In this document: positions 60,301 to 64,000 of the stretch, in pieces | How positions within the stretch are numbered: the first letter of the stretch is position 1 | Layout: each line of letters begins with the position of its first letter | From: Candidatus Latescibacterota bacterium | Lineage (GTDB): Bacteria; Krumholzibacteriota; Krumholzibacteriia; WVZY01 | Direction: 5' to 3' | Length of the DNA: 64,000 nt | NCBI GenBank assembly: GCA_963791045.1 | Contig: CAWBQK010000004.1 | Coordinates: forward strand, 32,001 to 96,000 | Notes under the pieces: generated by a model | Told to the model about the DNA's origin: nothing | The model's database searches: none | The model's input: only the letters and a program-made list of their open reading frames with translations | Made by a program: the position numbers and the translations under genes

Positions 60301-61139
60301 CTCACCGCGCCGGTTTGAAGTCCGGCGCCTATCTCGCCGGGAAGTGACGTAATGGTTATTTTGGGCGCCTCAACCGTCACCGTCATTGTCGCGGTGTCCG
60401 TCGTGATGAAACCCGGTATGGTCGCCGTTACGTCGGTTGTCCCCGCCGCAAGACCATCGAACCCCACACCGCCCCCACTCACCGTGGACGGAGTCTGTTT
60501 TTCCCCCGCCGCAATCTCGGCGGTGACAACTTGTCCCGTGGCAGGCGTCGTCACAAGTTCCGCCGCCGTCGCATTGGTGTTGGTTATAGTCGCTGTGAGT
60601 CCCGGACCGCCGGAGCGTACTTTATTGGTCGACACAAGATAAGCGCCACCTCCGCCCACAATTCCCACCTGGACCAGAAACTCGTCCACGGGGTCAAATA
60701 CATCGTTAGACGCTGCAAGATTCCAAACCTGGACACCGGGCTGTACAATATCGCACGCCTGATTGACTTCGGCAAAACCCGGAGCGGTTGCCGTAATAGT
60801 CACCGTCCCGGTCGTGTCTTCCAACCCCTGCACGACAAATATTGCATTTATCGAGCCGTTTGGAACATACACGTCCACGTACCTGGCGCCCGCCGTAGTC
60901 TCACCCGGGGACACCAATGAAAGTGTCGTATCGCTGGTTTCGATACGCACGGTAACGCCGCCATGCTGACTGTCACTCAAACGTGCGTATATGGTGCCCG
61001 ACTGCAGGCCCGATCCGACTTCAGAATCGAAATATATGAATGAAATTGACTGAGCTGTTGCGGAAGATGAGAGAAAAACGACAAGCATGAGGCCGAGAAT
61101 ACAGATAACCGCCCTCTTAGCACCGACTGCCGAGATCAT
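57306..61139 (-). CDS. Secreted protein with five ~229-aa tandem repeats and FlgD-Ig/T9SS-like C-terminal domain
   Basis: Signal peptide; five copies of (V/I)G(S/A)GL(Q/R)..HGGV; NVPNPFNP..ASGVYFYRL..KKMVFLK tail. Confidence 0.88.
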   Translation of the reverse strand: MISAVGAKRAVICILGLMLVVFLSSSATAQSISFIYFDSEVGSGLQSGTIYARLSDSQHGGVTVRIETSDTTLSLVSPGETTAGARYVDVYVPNGSINAIFVVQGLEDTTGTVTITATAPGFAEVNQACDIVQPGVQVWNLAASNDVFDPVDEFLVQVGIVGGGGAYLVSTNKVRSGGPGLTATITNTNATAAELVTTPATGQVVTAEIAAGEKQTPSTVSGGGVGFDGLAAGTTDVTATIPGFITTDTATMTVTVEAPKITITSLPGEIGAGLQTGAVSATLSGGAHGGVMVHIESGDSSLALVADAYTNGGHGSLDIFAADGQIGVPFYVQGLEDTTGIVVISVSAPGFAPDAEAAEIVTPAYQIHGLPTSIDVFDAEDVFVVRVGIPATDLSLVYQTQRARAGGPGITATVVSSESTVGQLVTLTDTSHTVTVTISPVEYQTAGTVSTGGIAFDGIGLGTTTVSASIPNFLPTTAAYVDVEVTQPELIYQVPAEVGAGLRSGSSRVQLGASQHGGVTVHVEVDDTDIGLVSVHGDSVGEASVDIPMANGQYLAYFYIHGIEDTTGTVMLTTTAPGFTPETTTVDIVTPGICLYSSSLRTTIDTLDPPDPFQVSVGVPAGGNATVSAMEVRPGSPGVTVTATNSNAAIGILQTLTDSSGTVTTSVAAGESRSPTTVANGGVEFNGLSPGVTTVSVSAAGFLPMTSAAQNVTVTAPTISWIGLPGDVGSGLQTASLRAVLSVSNHGGVTVRIESTDPDIVLVSAAEEDTGEVYVDVEVLDGSTLVNFYAHGIDDTTGSVTIMATVPGFESSSEIIDVVQPALDIRDIGASVDVSDPPDAITINVGLGDAAFTRVNTLQKRRVGAPPLVATVVSSVSGTAEVVTLSDTSGTVAVDIYGGNSGSPATVAEGGVAIRGLAVGQTIVSATIPGFVLTGDGTRVVDVTNQSITYLGAPSAVGAGLQSGVVTARLGVSDHGGVTIHIESSDAGILLVASGAATPGTAVIDVPVTAGQTDATFYIHGIDDTTGTVTLTASVPTFNDGVMAMDIVAPAIQITSLPDSVDIVEGDVEFIVQVGIPENDLSGLAQLQSVRAGGVAKVAQIASSDDAIAGFVTTLETDDTVSVTIPVGTYQSAGTVTSGGVAFDPIANGVAIVTASASGIVETDAANKTVHVVGDLTGIGDGTPALALTLGQNVPNPFNPVTTIGFTVGQPDIVTLIVYDVSGRKVRTLVDRIMAPGMYSESWNGRDTHGDAVASGVYFYRLHAGSETLTKKMVFLK

Positions 61140-61188
61140 GGCGCCCCCCCCTTGCGTGCATGTGAAGTGCAACTGGTTTAGCTATATA

Positions 61189-61218
61189 ATTATATCACGA
61201 CAAGCCGCGGGACGTCCA
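61189..61218 (-). promoter_or_regulatory. Sigma70-type promoter TGGACG-18-TATAAT with extended -10
   Basis: TGaTATAAT ~50 nt upstream of the repeat-protein start. Confidence 0.5.
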
Positions 61219-61248
61219 TCCTTGTGACGCACACCTTTGCGGTTCAGT

Positions 61249-62046
61249 TTACACTTTGAGATCTTTTTTATTGAAAGCAAAAACCGCAGCGGAGACAAGA
61301 AGGGTCAGCAATCCAATGAGCAGCGCCATCGATCCGGCCTGGACCTCTTGCCCGATGGGATTTGTTTGTCCGTAGTAGTGAAAAAGCGAGAATTTGAGCC
61401 AGGGATGAACCGCGTCGGTCAGCGGACCAAGCACGTACATAAAATAAGAAGAGACGAGTATGACAATCGCGATCCCCGACGCTGGTCTTTTTTTGTGAAA
61501 CACACAGGACCCCACCAAAGAGATTGCGCCGAACACAAAAATGACCGGGACCATGTTAAATGTCGCCCAAATCAATCGGGAAATGCTGGCGTCGAGACCG
61601 GTTATGAGAATCCCCGCGACGACACCCAATGCTATCACTATGTCCATCAAAACTACCGCCGTCGCAATCGCAGCAAACTTCTCGAGGAGGATACGCCAAC
61701 GCCTGACCGGATTGGCCATGAGAAGATCGATCGTGCCATTCTCCTCCTCACCGGCAATCGCACCTGCTCCCTGCAGAATCGCGAATATCGAAAGAATGAT
61801 CGGGAGCCACGAATCAAACAATTTCATATTGAGGAATTCTTCCGGAATGCTGAGTCCCGACTGACCGCCCACCAGTTTTTGCATGGCCGGCGGCAAAGAT
61901 TTGACGAACCCGTCCAGGTCCGCCATGTGCTGGAACGACGGGTAGATCAATATCGTCAAGCAGGTCATCGCCCCGAGCCCGATTCCCCAGCCGAGTACCT
62001 GCCCACGGAGATCGCGGAGGGTTTTTGTAAACACGCTACCGAGCAT
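61249..62046 (-). CDS. ABC-2 type exporter permease
   Basis: IAGEEENGTIDLLMANPVRR, six TM segments, FNKKDL; start MLGSVF overlaps the ATPase gene. Confidence 0.9.
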   Translation of the reverse strand: MLGSVFTKTLRDLRGQVLGWGIGLGAMTCLTILIYPSFQHMADLDGFVKSLPPAMQKLVGGQSGLSIPEEFLNMKLFDSWLPIILSIFAILQGAGAIAGEEENGTIDLLMANPVRRWRILLEKFAAIATAVVLMDIVIALGVVAGILITGLDASISRLIWATFNMVPVIFVFGAISLVGSCVFHKKRPASGIAIVILVSSYFMYVLGPLTDAVHPWLKFSLFHYYGQTNPIGQEVQAGSMALLIGLLTLLVSAAVFAFNKKDLKV

Positions 62047-62938
62047 CTTCCCCTCCTCCGTAGAGCGCGAGAAAGACCTCTTCAAGACTCGGCTCGTGGC
62101 TGATGAAATCAACCACCTCGAAACGCGCCAGTGCTTTCACCAGCGGGTCAATCGAACCCTGCACACTACACCGAAGACGTCTCGCGGAAACATCGACCTC
62201 ACTGATCGGGAGGGTCGCAAAATCCTCCACTGTTACATCCGAACCAAATGTCACTTCGATCCGGCGAACTGCCTTGTCCTTGATCGCCGCCACGTCTTCT
62301 ACAGCGACCAACTCGCCCTCGCGAACGATACCGACCCGGTCGCACACACGTTCCACTTCGGGCAGCACGTGCGACGAGAGAAACACCGTTCTTCCCGCGG
62401 CGCGCATCTCATCGACGAGCCGGTAAAATTCCTGTTGAACAAGGGGATCGAGCCCCGAAGTCGGTTCGTCGAGAATGAGAAGCTCGGGGTCGCTCATAAA
62501 CGCCTGCACGAGGCCGATCTTCTGTTTGCTACCGTGCGACAGGTCGTTGAGCGGCCGAGACAGGTCGCTTCCCAGTCGCTCCGCGAGTTCTTCCACTCGC
62601 GAACCGTCAACGCCGTGTCTCAATGAGGCGAAATACTCGAGAAATTCACGGCCGGTCAAATGATCGTAAAACAGGAATTCACCTGGGAGGTAACCGGTTC
62701 GCCGCCGAATCGCGACGCTTTCCTTTCGTGAATCCAAACCAAAAAGAGTGGCGCGCCCGGACGACGGGCGTATCAGATCGAGAAGAAGGCGGATCGTCGT
62801 GGTCTTTCCGGCCCCGTTCGGCCCGAGAAAACCAAACACCTCGCCCGATCTGATTTCGAGGTTCAGACCCGAAACCCCACGGCTGTGACCGTAGAATTTC
62901 GTGAGGTTTTCAGTTATGACAATTGCTTCGCCCATCAC
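62036..62938 (-). CDS. ABC transporter ATP-binding protein
   Basis: GPNGAGKTT, LSHG signature variant, ILDEPTSGLD, SSH. Confidence 0.95.
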   Translation of the reverse strand: MMGEAIVITENLTKFYGHSRGVSGLNLEIRSGEVFGFLGPNGAGKTTTIRLLLDLIRPSSGRATLFGLDSRKESVAIRRRTGYLPGEFLFYDHLTGREFLEYFASLRHGVDGSRVEELAERLGSDLSRPLNDLSHGSKQKIGLVQAFMSDPELLILDEPTSGLDPLVQQEFYRLVDEMRAAGRTVFLSSHVLPEVERVCDRVGIVREGELVAVEDVAAIKDKAVRRIEVTFGSDVTVEDFATLPISEVDVSARRLRCSVQGSIDPLVKALARFEVVDFISHEPSLEEVFLALYGGGEDAR

Positions 62939-63008
62939 CGTTCCTGTTATTCATGCTATAATGAGATTTCAATTTATCATCACACGCGCCAGGGAGGGCG
63001 TCAAGCGA

Positions 63009-64000
63009 ATGCGAAATCTGTGGGTCTGGTCGTTATTGATGGTGTTTATATGCTGCGCCGGACCCGTCTTCGGTCAATTCGGACCCGGCGGCGATGTGGT
63101 TTTTGATAGCGGCGACAAAGCGCTCGCCATCCCCTTCGAACTCAATAGCGACAAGATATATCTCCAGGTTGAGATCAACAATGCCGGCCCATTCTGGCTC
63201 GTACTCGACACCGGATCGCCGGGGATGATTCTCGACACGCGGGTCGGAGACGAACTCGGCGTGACAACCGGCGAAGAATTCGAAGCGGGCGGGGCGGGAG
63301 AAAACCCTTTTGTTCTCGCCCCCGCGGACAGCATATTTGATGGGTCACTCCCCGGTATAACACTCCTCGACCAGCCCGCTTTTGTCGGCGGGATCGATGC
63401 CATCGTCGGCCCCTATGAGGGGCGGCGGCTCGACGGCGTTCTCGGCGGGTACAACATCTTTGCCAATTTCATCGTTGAAATCGACTACAACAAACAAATC
63501 ATCGACATATACAAACGTGACGGATATACCCAACGCGATGGCGGGACCGTCGTCCCAATCCACATTGAAGGCGGACACTCGGCCATAGAGGCACAATCCG
63601 TTCTCGCAAACGGCGACACCCTCGCCGGCGAATTTATGCTCGATACGGGGCTCAGGGGCACGGTTGTTTTTAATACGCCGTTTGTCAACAAACATGAACT
63701 CATCACAGCGCTCTCCCCCACCATTTACACCACGACGGGCGGCGGTCTCGGCGGCCAGGTAAAGACCCACGTCGGACGTCTCGCCGACTTTGTGTTTGGC
63801 GGATTCCCGCTCGGACCCATTCCAGCCGGGCTCTCCCAACTCACACGCGGGGCCTTTGCCGGTGACTATGTCGCGGGGATCATCGGATCCGCCGTCTTGC
63901 AGCATTTTTATGTGGTTTTCGACTACGCCGGCGAAAGGCTGATCTTGTACGAAAACACATACAACGCCGGCCGTCTCGACTTCGACAAGAGCGGAACGTT
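63009..64000 (+). CDS. Secreted retropepsin-like aspartyl protease with two DTG motifs, partial (runs off right edge)
   Basis: Not in ORF track. My translation: MRNLWVWSLLMVFICCAGPVFG..LVLDTGS..GVLG..FMLDTGL..GIIG..VVFDY. GGAGG RBS; upstream TGcTATAAT at 62954-62962. Confidence 0.85.
   Translation, partial: MRNLWVWSLLMVFICCAGPVFGQFGPGGDVVFDSGDKALAIPFELNSDKIYLQVEINNAGPFWLVLDTGSPGMILDTRVGDELGVTTGEEFEAGGAGENPFVLAPADSIFDGSLPGITLLDQPAFVGGIDAIVGPYEGRRLDGVLGGYNIFANFIVEIDYNKQIIDIYKRDGYTQRDGGTVVPIHIEGGHSAIEAQSVLANGDTLAGEFMLDTGLRGTVVFNTPFVNKHELITALSPTIYTTTGGGLGGQVKTHVGRLADFVFGGFPLGPIPAGLSQLTRGAFAGDYVAGIIGSAVLQHFYVVFDYAGERLILYENTYNAGRLDFDKSGT

Noticed and set aside
369-62626. Long opposite-strand ORFs such as 369-1328, 1374-2366, 6578-7615, 7437-8651, 14675-15544, 33003-34109, 38725-39990, 61237-62103
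   Set aside because: Antisense shadows of well-supported genes in GC-rich DNA, with no motifs of their own

Overview
Bacterial genomic window with about 40 supportable CDSs and no rRNA, tRNA, CRISPR array or transposase that I could recognise. Two secreted proteins end in 'NYPNPFNP/NVPNPFNP' FlgD-Ig/T9SS-like tails, suggesting an FCB-group candidate lineage such as Krumholzibacteria or Latescibacteria (inference only). Contents from left to right: a partial PKD-domain secreted protein; a two-gene flavin/Fe-S amino-acid dehydrogenase; MscS; an MFS transporter; a serine hydrolase; a GH92-SSS operon with two membrane microproteins; an acyl-CoA dehydrogenase; a 14-kb secreted-protease operon; an aminotransferase + atypical transketolase operon; a GAF-PP2C/pseudokinase-TPR/GH113/beta-barrel/amidohydrolase operon; a surface-polysaccharide cluster; a second MFS; a secreted protein with five ~229-aa repeats; an ABC exporter; a partial aspartyl protease. 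Two systems stand out. (1) A tandem glycine riboswitch with a competing terminator (ON-switch architecture) sits directly upstream of the aminotransferase + transketolase pair, suggesting an unusual glycine-induced pathway. (2) The protease operon combines a TIMP-like OB-fold candidate, a ~3145-aa FG-GAP/matrixin/beta-propeller protein, a signal-peptide TPR-CHAT caspase-like protease and a lipoprotein. Several genes are split by single-base indels, mostly in homopolymers, which are probably assembly errors. All calls come from motif reading, not database searches.
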